Notes: generated by a model from the letters alone, not told the origin. A stretch of 64,000 bases of DNA from Ignavibacteria bacterium (GCA_014654705.1 JACVZY010000095.1:5045-69044); one strand, 5' to 3'. Positions 47,720-59,201 are shown, counted from the stretch's first letter. Program-made: numbers and translations.

Positions 47720-50485
47720 ATGCAACGATTATCCCGATTTTTGCTCTCCACAGCGCTCGTCTGTACATTGGGCATTTTCACCGTGCATCTGCAATCGGCA
47801 TTAGCACAGAAAAAATCATCTGCGGCTTCAGCAACTCCCACGCAAGCTGCTTCCGTACAGGCAATACCCATCATTGACCGTGAAATTTTCTTTGGCGACC
47901 CCGAAATATCCGGCGCACAACTTTCGCCGGACGGCAAGTTTATGACGTTCATCAAGCCGCACAAAGGTACGCGCAATATCTGGGTAAAAAAGATTGACGA
48001 AGCATTTGCGAAGGCGCGTCCCATCACGGCGGACACCACGCGCCCCATTCGTGGCTATTTCTGGTCGCGCGACGGCAAATATGTACTCTACTCACAGGAT
48101 AAAGGCGGCGATGAGAACTTTAATGTGTACGCCGTGAAACCAGACGGCGCAGCGGCTCCCGGACAGGACGTTCCGGCACAGCGTGATTTGACGGGCTTGA
48201 AGGGTGTTCGAGTGCAGATTTATGCTGTACCGAAAACAACGCCTGACATTCTGTATATTGGCTTAAACGACCGCGACCCAGCGTGGCACGACCTCTACAA
48301 GCTCAGTCTTTCCACAGGCGAAAAAACGCTTTTGCGCAAAAATACTGATCGCATCGTGGGCTGGCAATTCGACAATGCCGATAATCTCCGCCTCGGGCTG
48401 CGCTCACTCCAAGACGGTTCGACCGAAGTGTTGCGCGTTGACAAGGACACACTTGTCGCGGTGTACAGCGTTAATGCCCTAGAATCTGCATATCCTGTAC
48501 GCTTCCACAAGGACAACAAACGTGTTTACATGGTAACAAATAAAACTGATGCCATTGACCTAACACGCCTTGTGCTGTTCGACCCTGCTACCGGAAAAGA
48601 AGAACTTGTAGAAGAAGACCCCATGAAGCGAGTAGATTTCGGCGGTGCGGCGTTCTCTGATGTTACGGGGGAGATGATTGTTACCACCTACGAAGATGAC
48701 CGTACAAGAATGTACTGGAAAGACAAAGGTTATGAGGCAGACTACAAACTCTTGGAAAAACAGCTTCCCAACACTGATATTGCCTTAGGCTCCAGCACCA
48801 AAGACGAGCGTTTTTGGCTGGTAACAGCAAGCAGCGATGTTGACCCGGGCGCAGTTTATCTCTTCGACCGCAAAACGAAAAAACTCACGTTCCAATACCG
48901 CCCGCGCCCAAATTTGCCAAGCAAAGACCTCGCACCGATGCTTGCGATTCGCTATAAATCATCGGACGGTCTGGAAATACCCGCTTATCTGACGCTCCCA
49001 AAAGGCTATGACCTGAAGACGGCAAAGAATCTACCTCTGGTGGTCAATCCGCACGGTGGTCCGTGGGGACGAGATACATGGGGCTATGATTCCTACGCAC
49101 AATTCCTCTCGAATCGTGGGTATGCTGTTTTGCAGCCGAATTTCCGGGCTTCCACGGGCTATGGCAAAAAATTCTTGAATGCTGGCAACAAGCAATGGGG
49201 CGACCTCATGCAAGACGATATTACCTACGGCGTTCAGCACCTTGTTACCGAAGGCATTGTTGACTCCAAGCGTGTCGGTATTATGGGCGGCAGTTATGGT
49301 GGTTATGCCACGCTTGCGGGCGTGACCTTCACGCCTGATTTGTACGCTGCTGCCGTGGCGATTGTTGCACCCTCGAACTTGATAACGCTGCTCAACTCTA
49401 TTCCGCCGTACTGGGAATCTATTCGTAAGGTGTTTTATTTGCGCATGGGCGACCCAACGACCCCGGAGGGCAAGAAACAGCTTAACCGCCAGTCGCCACT
49501 GAACTTTGCCGATAAAATTACGACACCGCTTATGGTGGTACAAGGTGCAAACGACCCGCGTGTGAAGAAAGCAGAAGCAGACCAAATCGTTACCGCACTT
49601 CGAGACCGAAAGTATCCCGTCGAGTACATTCTTGCCCCTGACGAGGGACACGGTTTTGCGCGTCCGGTAAACAATATGGCGTTCTTGGCGGCAGCAGAAA
49701 AATTCTTAGCAAAGCATCTCGGCGGACGCTTCCAAGAATCCATGCCGGAAGCAATTGCCGCACGGTTGAAGGAAATAACCGTCGATGTTTCAACGGTAGA
49801 ACTTCCCAAAAAGCCGGAGGTAAAAGCAGACGCTCCAAAGCCAATGACCGCAAAACCCGCATCCGACCTCAAACCGGGCAAAACAAACTACAAAATTGTG
49901 CTCGAAGTGGGTGGACGCAAAATTGAGATGACTAAAACGACTGAAATCACGGACGCGGGTAAAAATTGGAAAATAACGGAGACCTCTCAAAGCCCGATGG
50001 GGTCAGTTTCCGATGAAGCAGAAGTGCTCAAAGGAACGCTTGCGCCCGTCAAACGCCGTGTGAAGCAGGGTCCGATGAATATTGCGCTGGACTACAACGG
50101 TAGCAACGTCAAAGGCACAGTCGAAAGTCCGATGGGAAATAGCAAAATTGACAAGGATATCGAAGGTGTACTTTTTGCCGATGGCACCGGTACGTCCACG
50201 ATTCTGGCGACGTTACCGCTTGCCGAGGGCTACAAAACAACGTTCCTGAATTTCGACATGATGGCGCAGTCTGCGAAGCAAATGGAACTTGCGGTAGTGG
50301 GCATGGAAGAAATTACTGTTCCGGCAGGAAAATTCATGGCGTACAAAGTAGAAGTAATGCCGTCCGGTGGTGATGCCGGCGGAAGTACAATTTGGGTGGC
50401 AAAAGAAGGCGGCAAATTGCTCAAAGAACGTCAGAGCCTTCCGCAGATGAATGGAGCCATTGTTACATCGGAATTGCAACCATAG
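47720..50485 (+). CDS. S9 family (prolyl oligopeptidase/acylaminoacyl) peptidase with C-terminal extra domain
   Basis: Signal peptide, beta-propeller, HGGPW, GGSYGG, NDPRV and DEGHG; DUF3108-like tail (EEITVPAGKF). Confidence 0.92.
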   Translation: MQRLSRFLLSTALVCTLGIFTVHLQSALAQKKSSAASATPTQAASVQAIPIIDREIFFGDPEISGAQLSPDGKFMTFIKPHKGTRNIWVKKIDEAFAKARPITADTTRPIRGYFWSRDGKYVLYSQDKGGDENFNVYAVKPDGAAAPGQDVPAQRDLTGLKGVRVQIYAVPKTTPDILYIGLNDRDPAWHDLYKLSLSTGEKTLLRKNTDRIVGWQFDNADNLRLGLRSLQDGSTEVLRVDKDTLVAVYSVNALESAYPVRFHKDNKRVYMVTNKTDAIDLTRLVLFDPATGKEELVEEDPMKRVDFGGAAFSDVTGEMIVTTYEDDRTRMYWKDKGYEADYKLLEKQLPNTDIALGSSTKDERFWLVTASSDVDPGAVYLFDRKTKKLTFQYRPRPNLPSKDLAPMLAIRYKSSDGLEIPAYLTLPKGYDLKTAKNLPLVVNPHGGPWGRDTWGYDSYAQFLSNRGYAVLQPNFRASTGYGKKFLNAGNKQWGDLMQDDITYGVQHLVTEGIVDSKRVGIMGGSYGGYATLAGVTFTPDLYAAAVAIVAPSNLITLLNSIPPYWESIRKVFYLRMGDPTTPEGKKQLNRQSPLNFADKITTPLMVVQGANDPRVKKAEADQIVTALRDRKYPVEYILAPDEGHGFARPVNNMAFLAAAEKFLAKHLGGRFQESMPEAIAARLKEITVDVSTVELPKKPEVKADAPKPMTAKPASDLKPGKTNYKIVLEVGGRKIEMTKTTEITDAGKNWKITETSQSPMGSVSDEAEVLKGTLAPVKRRVKQGPMNIALDYNGSNVKGTVESPMGNSKIDKDIEGVLFADGTGTSTILATLPLAEGYKTTFLNFDMMAQSAKQMELAVVGMEEITVPAGKFMAYKVEVMPSGGDAGGSTIWVAKEGGKLLKERQSLPQMNGAIVTSELQP

Positions 50486-50517
50486 GCGTTGGCTACATTT
50501 GAAGGATGGATTTGCGC

Positions 50518-50550
50518 ACAAAGGCTCGGTATTGATTACCGAGCCTTTTG
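50518..50550. terminator. Bidirectional terminator
   Basis: AAAGGCTCGGTA-TTGAT-TACCGAGCCTTTT between convergent genes. Confidence 0.8.
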
Positions 50551-50563
50551 TATTCCATGGTAC

Positions 50564-51124
50564 TCACAATGCCGGATTCTTCCACTCCACATCCTGAGCG
50601 CCTGCCAGATGATTCGCCATGCGAGCGGCGGTGAAGAGATAATCTGACAAGCGGTTCAAAAACTTGCCAATTTCCGCGCCAACGGCTTCAGTGCGCGAGA
50701 GCGCCGTTTCGCACCGTTCAGCGCGGCGGCAGACCGTCCGCGCAAGGTGCAAATATGCTGCCGATGGCGTTCCGGTAGGAAGAATAAAGGCTTTAAGCGG
50801 CAAAAGTTCGGCGTCATATTCGTCTATAAGACGCTCCAGATATGCCGTGTGTGCTGCCGTAATGCGCGGAATCGGGTACGCAGGCGGCGGGTCAAGCGGT
50901 GTAGCAAGGTCTGCTCCGGCAGTAAAAAGCAACGCCGATATTTCGAGAAGGCTTGATTGGAGACGCTCCGGCATTTGTTGCGTTACCGCCACACCAATCA
51001 GTGAATTGAGTTCATCTATTGTGCCGTACGCCTCTATGCGCAAGTGGTCTTTCGGCACACGGTCGCCGCCGAATAAGCCTGTTGTGCCGTCGTCGCCGGT
51101 TTTGGTGTATATTTTTGTTGCCAT
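50564..51124 (-). CDS. ATP:cob(I)alamin adenosyltransferase, PduO type
   Basis: KIYTKTGDDGTT, YGTIDELNS, RTVCRRAER and NRLSDYLF. Confidence 0.94.
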   Translation of the reverse strand: MATKIYTKTGDDGTTGLFGGDRVPKDHLRIEAYGTIDELNSLIGVAVTQQMPERLQSSLLEISALLFTAGADLATPLDPPPAYPIPRITAAHTAYLERLIDEYDAELLPLKAFILPTGTPSAAYLHLARTVCRRAERCETALSRTEAVGAEIGKFLNRLSDYLFTAARMANHLAGAQDVEWKNPAL

Positions 51125-51207
51125 TGGTTTTGCTATGTTAAAAAATCTAGGGTTCTGAAAATCGTTTGCTTGCCGAACGAGAATAGTATCCGCTCCTCTA
51201 CTTATTC

Positions 51208-53346
51208 TTACGCGGCTGTCATCAGATTTTCAATATCCGCCAAAACCTTCTTTGCCGCCAAAACGATATTCGTACCGGGTCCGAAAATTTCTTTTACGCC
51301 TGCCGCATAGAGCGCATCGTAGTCCTGATGAGGAATCACGCCGCCCGCCACAACAACAATGTCATCCGCACCTTCTTTTCGGAGCGCTTCGATAAGCTGT
51401 GGAACTAAGGTTTTATGACCTGCCGCAAGCGATGACACGCCCACCACATGAACATCATTTTCAATAGCCTGCTTCGCGGCTTCTTCCGGCGTTTGGAAGA
51501 GTGGTCCCATATCCACATCAAATCCCAAATCAGCAAACGCTGAAGCAATAATACGTGCCCCTCGATCATGTCCGTCCTGCCCCAGTTTGCAGACCAGCAT
51601 ACGCGGACGGCGACCATGCGCTTCCGAAAAACGCTCTGTTTCCGCCAGAAGGTTTTTCACGTCCGCATTATCGCCATACTCGGCGCTGTACACGCCGGAA
51701 ACGGTCGCCACTTGTGCTTCATAGCGCTTGAAAGCGCGTTCCATTGCGTCCGATATTTCACCCACAGTGGCACGCTTGCGAGCCGCATCCACTGCCGCTT
51801 TCAGAAGATTCCCCTCGCCCGATGCTGCGCGACGCGAGATTTCTTCAAGTGCCGCTTGTACATCTGCCGTATTGCGCGTGGCACGAATCTGCTCCAAACG
51901 GCGTATCTGCCCTTCGCGTACAGCGACGTTATCCACATCCAAAATATCAATCGGATCTTCTTTGGCAAGGCGGTATTTATTCACGCCTACAATCACAAAT
52001 TTCCCTTGGTCAATCGCAGCCTGACGGCGAGCAGCGGATTCCTCAATTTTTTGCTTTGGCAATCCCGCAACGATAGCTTTAGTCATACCGCCCAGCGCGT
52101 CCACCTCGCGCATCAGCTTTTGGGCTTCCACAATAATCGAATGCGTCAGCGATTCCACATAATACGAGCCTGCAAGCGGGTCTGCAACCTGTGTTACACC
52201 GGATTCTTCCGCCAAAATAAGCTGTGTATTCCGCGCAATGCGGGCAGAAAACTCCGTCGGCAGCGCAATGGCTTCGTCAAAAGAGTTCGTGTGTAGCGAT
52301 TGCGTTCCACCCAGCACCGCAGCAAGTGCTTCGATGGTCGTGCGGACGATGTTGTTGTACGGGTCTTGCTCGGTAAGCGACCAGCCCGATGTCTGGCAAT
52401 GCGTTCTCAGCGCTGTCGAAAGCGGCTTTTGGGGGTTGAATTGCTGCATCATATTTGCCCACAGATACCGTGCGGCTCTCATTTTTGCTATTTCCATGAA
52501 GAAATTCATCCCAATTCCCCAGAAAAACGAGAGGCGTGGTGCGAATGCGTCCACATCCAACCCACGCACCAGCGCCGTGCGCACGTACTCCAGTCCGTCC
52601 GCGAGTGTGAATGCTACTTCCTGCACTGCATTTGCGCCCGCTTCGTGCATATGGTAGCCCGAAATTGAAATGCTGTTGAATTTCGGCATAAACTTGCTTG
52701 TGTACTCGATAATATCCGCCACAAGGCGCATAGACGGCTCCGGCGGATAAATGTAAGTATTCCGCACCATAAATTCTTTCAGAATATCGTTCTGAATCGT
52801 ACCGGAGAGTTTGTCGGCGCTCACTCCCTGCTCCTCGCCCGCAACGATAAACATTGCCATAATCGGTATCACAGCGCCATTCATGGTCATCGAGACTGAC
52901 ATTTCATCAAGCGGAATTTGGTCGAACAAAATTTTCATATCCTCGACTGAATCAATCGCTACGCCTGCCTTGCCTACATCGCCTACTACGCGCGGGTGAT
53001 CGGAGTCATAGCCTCGGTGCGTCGCCAAATCAAACGCTACCGAAAGCCCTTTTTGCCCAGCTGCAAGATTTTTTCGATAAAATGCGTTCGAAGCCTCTGC
53101 CGTCGAGAATCCCGCGTACTGACGGATTGTCCACGGGCGATTCGTGTACATAGTGGCATAAGGACCGCGCAAATACGGGAAGATACCGGGCATGGTCTCT
53201 TCAAAGCCGATAGCTTCGAGGTCGGCGGCGGTATAGAGTGGTTTGACGGGGATACCGTCTTGCGTTTGGCGGGTGAGCGCCTCAAGGGGCTTATCTTTGA
53301 GTTCTTTTTGCGCCAGAGCGCTCCATTGGTCGAGTGTGGCAGCCAT
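51208..53346 (-). CDS. scpA: Methylmalonyl-CoA mutase (full length, B12-binding domain fused)
   Basis: [41 protein letters not shown] and GQDGHDRG. Confidence 0.96.
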   Translation of the reverse strand: MAATLDQWSALAQKELKDKPLEALTRQTQDGIPVKPLYTAADLEAIGFEETMPGIFPYLRGPYATMYTNRPWTIRQYAGFSTAEASNAFYRKNLAAGQKGLSVAFDLATHRGYDSDHPRVVGDVGKAGVAIDSVEDMKILFDQIPLDEMSVSMTMNGAVIPIMAMFIVAGEEQGVSADKLSGTIQNDILKEFMVRNTYIYPPEPSMRLVADIIEYTSKFMPKFNSISISGYHMHEAGANAVQEVAFTLADGLEYVRTALVRGLDVDAFAPRLSFFWGIGMNFFMEIAKMRAARYLWANMMQQFNPQKPLSTALRTHCQTSGWSLTEQDPYNNIVRTTIEALAAVLGGTQSLHTNSFDEAIALPTEFSARIARNTQLILAEESGVTQVADPLAGSYYVESLTHSIIVEAQKLMREVDALGGMTKAIVAGLPKQKIEESAARRQAAIDQGKFVIVGVNKYRLAKEDPIDILDVDNVAVREGQIRRLEQIRATRNTADVQAALEEISRRAASGEGNLLKAAVDAARKRATVGEISDAMERAFKRYEAQVATVSGVYSAEYGDNADVKNLLAETERFSEAHGRRPRMLVCKLGQDGHDRGARIIASAFADLGFDVDMGPLFQTPEEAAKQAIENDVHVVGVSSLAAGHKTLVPQLIEALRKEGADDIVVVAGGVIPHQDYDALYAAGVKEIFGPGTNIVLAAKKVLADIENLMTAA

Positions 53347-53639
53347 AGCGATTGAGAAAAACGTTAAGAAGTGTAGTATTGAAATTGTAGGATAATAACA
53401 GAAAGTCCACAAACTAAATGCAAAACAGCAATAATCTCGAAATTATTTGGTTCTGCATAGATTTAGTTACAAAGACCTGAACTCAAGCAGTTTTCAACGT
53501 GAACGACAACGGTTTTACGCTTTTACAAGCATTGGTTCAAAAGGCTTGCGTGCCTTTTAGAAAGCGCCATAGCAAGCACTGCTGAGGTCAGATTAGACTG
53601 CTTATTGACCCCCTCTAATCATCGGCAAGAGCGTACGAT

Positions 53640-54035
53640 CTACGGCAATGTATAGTCAAAGGTGTACGAGTGTTTGCCTGCATCATTGATAATGTTCATC
53701 GTTCCCGAAAGCCCTTCCAATGCCCCTGTGCCTGAATCCGGCACCACGGTAATGTTTAGATGCGATTCGCCACGGTTCAAAATCCCAAAGTGCATCAGCA
53801 CAAACGTGCCTGTGCGCCCGTGCAGAGAACCGCTTACTTTCTCAATCGCAACATACCCCGCCGAGCCTTTAATGCTTGTGCCGGCGCTCAGCATTTCACC
53901 TTTACTTGTTGCTGTGAGGTCGCCATGAAACGTTTTGTCTATGGAGAGCCTGCCTAAAAGCGCATCAGCACCTGTGTCGGAGAGCGTTTGAGGTGCAAGT
54001 TTTACCTCAAACGCTCCACTTGCGTGTATTGCCAT
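53640..54035 (-). CDS. DUF3224 family protein
   Basis: KTFHGDL, SAGYVAIE, GTFVLMH and VVPDSGTG.L.GL.G. Confidence 0.85.
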   Translation of the reverse strand: MAIHASGAFEVKLAPQTLSDTGADALLGRLSIDKTFHGDLTATSKGEMLSAGTSIKGSAGYVAIEKVSGSLHGRTGTFVLMHFGILNRGESHLNITVVPDSGTGALEGLSGTMNIINDAGKHSYTFDYTLP

Positions 54036-54092
54036 TATCATCCTTGTAAAAAAGTAAAAAAACGCTGTTTGAATTCAATCTGGATACAATGG

Positions 54093-56501
54093 TTATGATT
54101 CGGAGTGAACCGCAACGTCACTGGGAATCTCTGCGGCTGAAGTAGGCTTCATAGCCCGTGCAAGCTCTTCCCGACGGCGACCAATGGCAACAAAAAATCC
54201 TGCGACCATGAAAATAACGCCCCCCCATACGAGGTTGATAAAGGGCTTGTAGGAAAGTTCAATCGTAAAGACCTCGCGAGGAACTGTGCTGGGTTTGGAT
54301 GAATCCGCGAAAGCGAGAACAGCTTGTGATTTGGAAAGATTTTCTTTATTCGCCACAATTTTTTGGAAGGCAATGTAATACTTGGTTCCAGGGATGTTGA
54401 ACGGTTCTTGTGTTTGCGCTGCTGCGTTGCCTGCGATTCCCTCTTTGCCTTTGAAGGTCGTGTAAATTGCTTGTACGCTTGTGTCTGCGCCGTTAGCGGT
54501 TCGGTGAACGATTTCGACAATCGCTCCCAAGCGTAGGTTATCAGGATTTCCGCCGCTTTGCATTGCCGTCATTGCCTGCGCCATATCAAATTTTTTCAGA
54601 AGAACGCTGTACGAGGAATCAATCGGTAGCGGCACGGGCGTTTCTTTGTTGATAATGGCTGCCGGCGCTTCACCTTCGGATTCGATAGATTTGGGCGAAA
54701 CGTACATATCGCTTGTCAGCGTCCATTTGATGCCGGGTTCGAGAAATGCCGATTCGCGCTTATTGAAGTCGCTCCAGTAGAGCACCGGTGCGACGACGGT
54801 CTCTTTGCCATCTTTTTCCAGCGCAACATAATATTTATATTTTTCGCGATCTTTGTAGTCTTTCTCAACTTGCTCGCGCCCGACGTACATTATTTTGTAA
54901 CCCAGTGCCTGTTTTGCTACACCCTGCGGCAGCGAAACGTGTTCGGTCAAAGAATAACGCGAAGTCGCTACAATACCCAGAAAAAGCAGTGCAATACCGA
55001 AGTGCGAAATATACGCCCCCGTGTGCTGGGGCTTTGAGCGCATAAGCCGCACACCCATTTCCACATTGACAAAAAGTGCGAAAAACGAGCCAAGCACGAG
55101 CGTCAAATAAACAAGGTCACGCACACCAAAAGCTGCTGCAATACCGCTTGCCACGACAGCCAGCGCTGCCGGAATGGTCAGTTTGCGTAAAAATTCTTTC
55201 CTCCCTGTTGCTTTCCAACGCAGCAAAATTGCGGCTCCATTGACAAAAGCGACGACGATGACGAGTGGAAGGTGCATCTTGTTGTAATACGAAATATCAA
55301 TCGCTACTTTGGGCTGTTTCAGAATTTCGCAGACAAGAGGCCAGCTTGTGCCGATAGTAACAATAATAGCACTTGCCAGTGTGAGCGCGGAGCCAATGGA
55401 AAGTGCAAATTCGCGTGAGGTGGGATTGAAGTTTGCCTTATTAGAACTAATATCTTTGCGTCGCGCAATCAAAATTCCAAAGCCAAGAACGGCAAACACA
55501 ATAATAAATGCCAGCAGCAGAACATATGCAAACAAGCCGGGATCAACAAACGAATGAACCGAGGTGTCACCCAAAACACCGCTTCTGGTCAGGAACGTGG
55601 AATAGAGTACCATGAGAAAGGTAAGAATGGCAAGCACAAGGTTTGTGCGCACTAATCCGCCCGTTTTCTTTTGCGTCAGCATCGTGTGAACAAGTCCCAC
55701 CGCCACAAGCCACGGGATAAGCGAGGAATTTTCCACCGGATCCCAGCCCCAGAAGCCACCCCAGCCGAGCGTTTCATATGCCCAAAAGCCGCCCAGCATA
55801 ATTCCGAAGCCGAGCACAGCTGTTCCAAACAGTACCCATGGGAGCGAAACTGCTATCCAATTGTGATAATCACGCTTCAAAAGCCCACCCATTGCAAAGG
55901 CAAAGGGCACGGACATAGCAGCGAAGCCGATGAAGAGAATTGGCGGGTGAATGGTAATCCATAAGTTTTGCAAGAGCGGATTTAAGCCTTTACCATTTTG
56001 CGGCACAAAGCCCTCGGCTATACCATCTTTTGCAAATGATTCCCAAACATATGAGAACGGGCTTTTTGCAACAAGCATGAGCAGCAAAAAGATAAGAATC
56101 AAGCCGTAAAACGCCATAACCTCACCTTCGTACTTGTGTTTGCGCACATAAGGAAGGAGGCTTATGCCAATAGCAGACACAAAGACCGTCCAAAGCGTGA
56201 AACTTCCTTCTTGTCCCGCATAGAACGTTGCCGCCAGAAGGGGTTTGGAGAGTTCTCGTGAAGAGTGCCCCCAGACGTAGGTATAGCGAAAATCATGCGT
56301 AAAAATGTTGTAAAGTTGAACGCTTGAAACAATCAACATTCCAACAAAGATACAGACGAAAAAGATACGCCCGATACGGCGAAATTCCTCTTGCCAAGCG
56401 GTACCGCGCCCCGTATAGAGCGACAAAAAGTACGAACCCGACGACACAAGCGCCGAGGCAAAGAGGAGATTAACGAAGAATTGCGAATACTGTCCAAACA
56501 T
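54093..56501 (-). CDS. ccmF: Cytochrome c biogenesis heme lyase CcmF/CcsA-type
   Basis: GQEGS, GLNPLLQ, IHPP, WAYETLGWGGFWGWDPVEN, FLTRSG, SVHSF and KPFINLVW.G. Confidence 0.92.
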   Translation of the reverse strand: MFGQYSQFFVNLLFASALVSSGSYFLSLYTGRGTAWQEEFRRIGRIFFVCIFVGMLIVSSVQLYNIFTHDFRYTYVWGHSSRELSKPLLAATFYAGQEGSFTLWTVFVSAIGISLLPYVRKHKYEGEVMAFYGLILIFLLLMLVAKSPFSYVWESFAKDGIAEGFVPQNGKGLNPLLQNLWITIHPPILFIGFAAMSVPFAFAMGGLLKRDYHNWIAVSLPWVLFGTAVLGFGIMLGGFWAYETLGWGGFWGWDPVENSSLIPWLVAVGLVHTMLTQKKTGGLVRTNLVLAILTFLMVLYSTFLTRSGVLGDTSVHSFVDPGLFAYVLLLAFIIVFAVLGFGILIARRKDISSNKANFNPTSREFALSIGSALTLASAIIVTIGTSWPLVCEILKQPKVAIDISYYNKMHLPLVIVVAFVNGAAILLRWKATGRKEFLRKLTIPAALAVVASGIAAAFGVRDLVYLTLVLGSFFALFVNVEMGVRLMRSKPQHTGAYISHFGIALLFLGIVATSRYSLTEHVSLPQGVAKQALGYKIMYVGREQVEKDYKDREKYKYYVALEKDGKETVVAPVLYWSDFNKRESAFLEPGIKWTLTSDMYVSPKSIESEGEAPAAIINKETPVPLPIDSSYSVLLKKFDMAQAMTAMQSGGNPDNLRLGAIVEIVHRTANGADTSVQAIYTTFKGKEGIAGNAAAQTQEPFNIPGTKYYIAFQKIVANKENLSKSQAVLAFADSSKPSTVPREVFTIELSYKPFINLVWGGVIFMVAGFFVAIGRRREELARAMKPTSAAEIPSDVAVHSES

Positions 56502-56549
56502 AGTGGTAGTGGGAAAAGTTAGAAGCTCGTAATTTGTATAGTCAGGTTC

Positions 56550-57881
56550 TTACGCCGCATGAACGGGAACCGCGTTCACACGCACTTCCACGCCATATTC
56601 CGCATTCATGCCGTCTATAAGCGGCGCAATGAAGGTAAGCGCATGAGCGGCAGCGGCATCATCAGGGAAAGTGTAATGCAGTACCACTGCACCATTATCT
56701 GCACTTTCGCGTATCAGGTAAGCGTGCGGGAAATGTGCTTGAACCTGCGTCTTGACGTAATCAGTGGCGGCAGTGCGCGTGGCAGAATGTTTGTCCTGCT
56801 CTTGACGGTCAATATAGACAAAATTCAGCATAGAAGCCACTTCCTTTGGCAGTGCAGGAAGCGAACCGCGTGGAATCAAGAATGCGCTCAGTGCCGAGAA
56901 ATCTGCAAAAACGCGGTGTTGAGAAGTTGCTCGCATGAGATAATCAAAGCCGCTCGAGCCGCCCGTGCCGACCTTAGCGCCTATCATCCGCATCACCATT
57001 TGTGCGTGGCGATAGCGCCAAATGGAGAAGTTCTCGTCAATTTCGATAAGCGTTTGCAAAAGTCGGAAGGGCAAGTGCAAAATCGGGTATTCGCGGTAGA
57101 GCAGGATAAACAATGCCGCTTGCGAAGCCTTGAAAGAAAGACGCTTTGCACCGCTTTCACGTAAAGCGTTGTATGCCTCTTCGCTAAAAAAAGCGCGGAA
57201 ACTTTGCTCGTTCATATCGGTCTGTGTGAGCATATCGTCCACCGCTTGTGCTGACATTGCGCTATTGACGCGAATCATCGTGCGGTCTCGGTCAAACATT
57301 GCCCCAACTGCTTCTTGGTACTCTTGCCAAAACGAATAGGAAGGCTTTTGGATAAACGGCATTCGCTCCAGCCAAAGCTCGATGAGAGAAAAGAGTGAAG
57401 GCTGTTTTTCTACTTCTCCGATATAATCTTTATCGGCATCCGAAAGCGGAAGGTGCGTTAGTACGCGCTGCTGCCGATGCAAGCCCAGTTTAATTTCCAT
57501 CAATCGAAACTGCACAGACTGAAAGCCACTGGCAGGATAGAGAACGTTGCGGAAGTCCAGAAAGTCCATCGGAGTCATGGTTTCCAGCACGTCTATTTGC
57601 TGGAAGAGAATCGGCGCAATGGAGGCAATTCGCTCCAAGCGTTGGAGCGCTGTCGCCACGTCATGCTCCGGTACGGGGTTTTGTACTAAAATTGCTAAAA
57701 TTGAGTCAAGTTCGTGAATGATTTGCTTGAACCAGAGTTCGTATGTTTGATGCGTGATAATGAAAAGCATTTCGTCGTGCGCCGGCGCACCGACTTCGCT
57801 AGAGCGTGGATGCTGGGCGTTCAGAATAGTAGGCAGATGAAGATAATCGCCGTAATAGACCGGTTTGTACGTGGTTGTCAT
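56550..57881 (-). CDS. Tryptophan 2,3-dioxygenase with C-terminal extension
   Basis: YGDYL.L..IL..Q, HDEMLFIITHQTYELWFKQ, PASGFQS.QFR, WRYRH and GTGGSSG. Confidence 0.93.
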   Translation of the reverse strand: MTTTYKPVYYGDYLHLPTILNAQHPRSSEVGAPAHDEMLFIITHQTYELWFKQIIHELDSILAILVQNPVPEHDVATALQRLERIASIAPILFQQIDVLETMTPMDFLDFRNVLYPASGFQSVQFRLMEIKLGLHRQQRVLTHLPLSDADKDYIGEVEKQPSLFSLIELWLERMPFIQKPSYSFWQEYQEAVGAMFDRDRTMIRVNSAMSAQAVDDMLTQTDMNEQSFRAFFSEEAYNALRESGAKRLSFKASQAALFILLYREYPILHLPFRLLQTLIEIDENFSIWRYRHAQMVMRMIGAKVGTGGSSGFDYLMRATSQHRVFADFSALSAFLIPRGSLPALPKEVASMLNFVYIDRQEQDKHSATRTAATDYVKTQVQAHFPHAYLIRESADNGAVVLHYTFPDDAAAAHALTFIAPLIDGMNAEYGVEVRVNAVPVHAA

Positions 57882-58092
57882 AGATGGTTTTGTAGTGTCG
57901 AAGTGATAAGCGTCGTTTGGGGGAGTACGAATATACAAAATCCCCGCCTTTTTGCGGCATAGAAGCGAACTGCTTGAAAACAGTCTGGGAAGGAAAAGTG
58001 GAAAAGAAAACCTGTGATTTTGCGGTAAAAAGTTGTAGATTCGTAATCTGTGTGTCTTTTGCGCACAACTACTACACGCAAGCCCAGCATTC

Positions 58093-59064
58093 ATGACACT
58101 AGGCGACATTACCAAGCCAATACAACCCTACATTGACGATTTTGACAATGTACTCAAAGAGCAGATGCGCTCCAATGTGCTGCTGCTCGACACCGTTGTT
58201 CGGTATATCCTACGCCAGCGTGGGAAGCGCGTTCGCCCAATGCTTGTGCTGTTGAGTGCGGCGGTCTGTGGCGAGGTGAGCCGTAGAACGCACATTGCGG
58301 CAAGTTTGGTGGAGCTTCTGCACACTGCATCACTGGTTCATGACGACGTAGTCGATGAATCAAACGAGCGACGTGGCATGGCTTCTATCAATGGTGTGTG
58401 GAAAAATAAAATTGCAGTATTGGTAGGAGATTACTTACTTTCGCGCGGCTTACTTGTGGCGGTAGAAAATGGCGAATACGATTTTCTCAAGATTACCAGC
58501 AATGCCGTTCGGCGCATGAGTGAAGGCGAGCTACTGCAAATCCAGAAAACGCGCCAGTTGGATATGGACGAAGCGACGTATTTTCAGATTATTGCCGATA
58601 AAACCGCCTCGCTCATTTCCACCTGTTGCGAAATCGGCGCTGTGAGTGCTTCTGCGAATCCGGCGCACCACCAAGCGCTCCGAGAATACGGCGAAATCAT
58701 TGGTGCAGTCTTTCAGATTCGTGATGATACGTTTGATTATTCGGGCGGAAATTCGTTAATTGGCAAACCGACTGGTAACGACGTACAAGAAAAAAAACTC
58801 ACCTTACCCCTCATCTATGCTTTTTCGCAGGCATCGAAGCAGGAAAGTAAGGCAATTTTGAAAATCATCAAGTCCAAGCCATCCAAAAAAGAAGCACGGG
58901 TGATTGTGGACTTTGTGAAGCGGCACAACGGTATTGAATACGCCGAGCAGAAAGCGGCAGCGATGATTACCGAAGCTAAAAACAAACTGAATATTTTTGA
59001 CGACTCCCCGGCGAAAACCTCCCTCCTTCACTTCGCCGACTACTCGCTTCAACGGTCAATGTAA
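58093..59064 (+). CDS. Polyprenyl diphosphate synthase
   Basis: GKRVRP, ELLHTASLVHDDVVD..RRG, KTA and FQIRDD. Confidence 0.94.
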   Translation: MTLGDITKPIQPYIDDFDNVLKEQMRSNVLLLDTVVRYILRQRGKRVRPMLVLLSAAVCGEVSRRTHIAASLVELLHTASLVHDDVVDESNERRGMASINGVWKNKIAVLVGDYLLSRGLLVAVENGEYDFLKITSNAVRRMSEGELLQIQKTRQLDMDEATYFQIIADKTASLISTCCEIGAVSASANPAHHQALREYGEIIGAVFQIRDDTFDYSGGNSLIGKPTGNDVQEKKLTLPLIYAFSQASKQESKAILKIIKSKPSKKEARVIVDFVKRHNGIEYAEQKAAAMITEAKNKLNIFDDSPAKTSLLHFADYSLQRSM

Positions 59065-59201
59065 ACCATAAACCAGAGGCGAGTTCAGCCGAAAGCAGCA
59101 TTTCGGCGCCCAATCGAACAATTTATTAGCATTGTCCACAAAAGCCCTTCTTTTTCAGTGGCTTCTGTCGGCTTGCTTGTAACGCATAAAGAGGATTTAG
59201 T

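Noticed and set aside
53347-53640. Cobalamin riboswitch upstream of methylmalonyl-CoA mutase
   Set aside because: No GGGAA...ACTG/B12-box motifs found by eye on the minus strand; an Infernal search would settle it.
59070-59110. CAGCCGAAAGCAGC hairpin resembling SRP RNA
   Set aside because: Lacks the CAGG-GNRA-AGCAG domain IV geometry and long closing stem; looks like a simple GCCGAAA/TTTCGGC hairpin.
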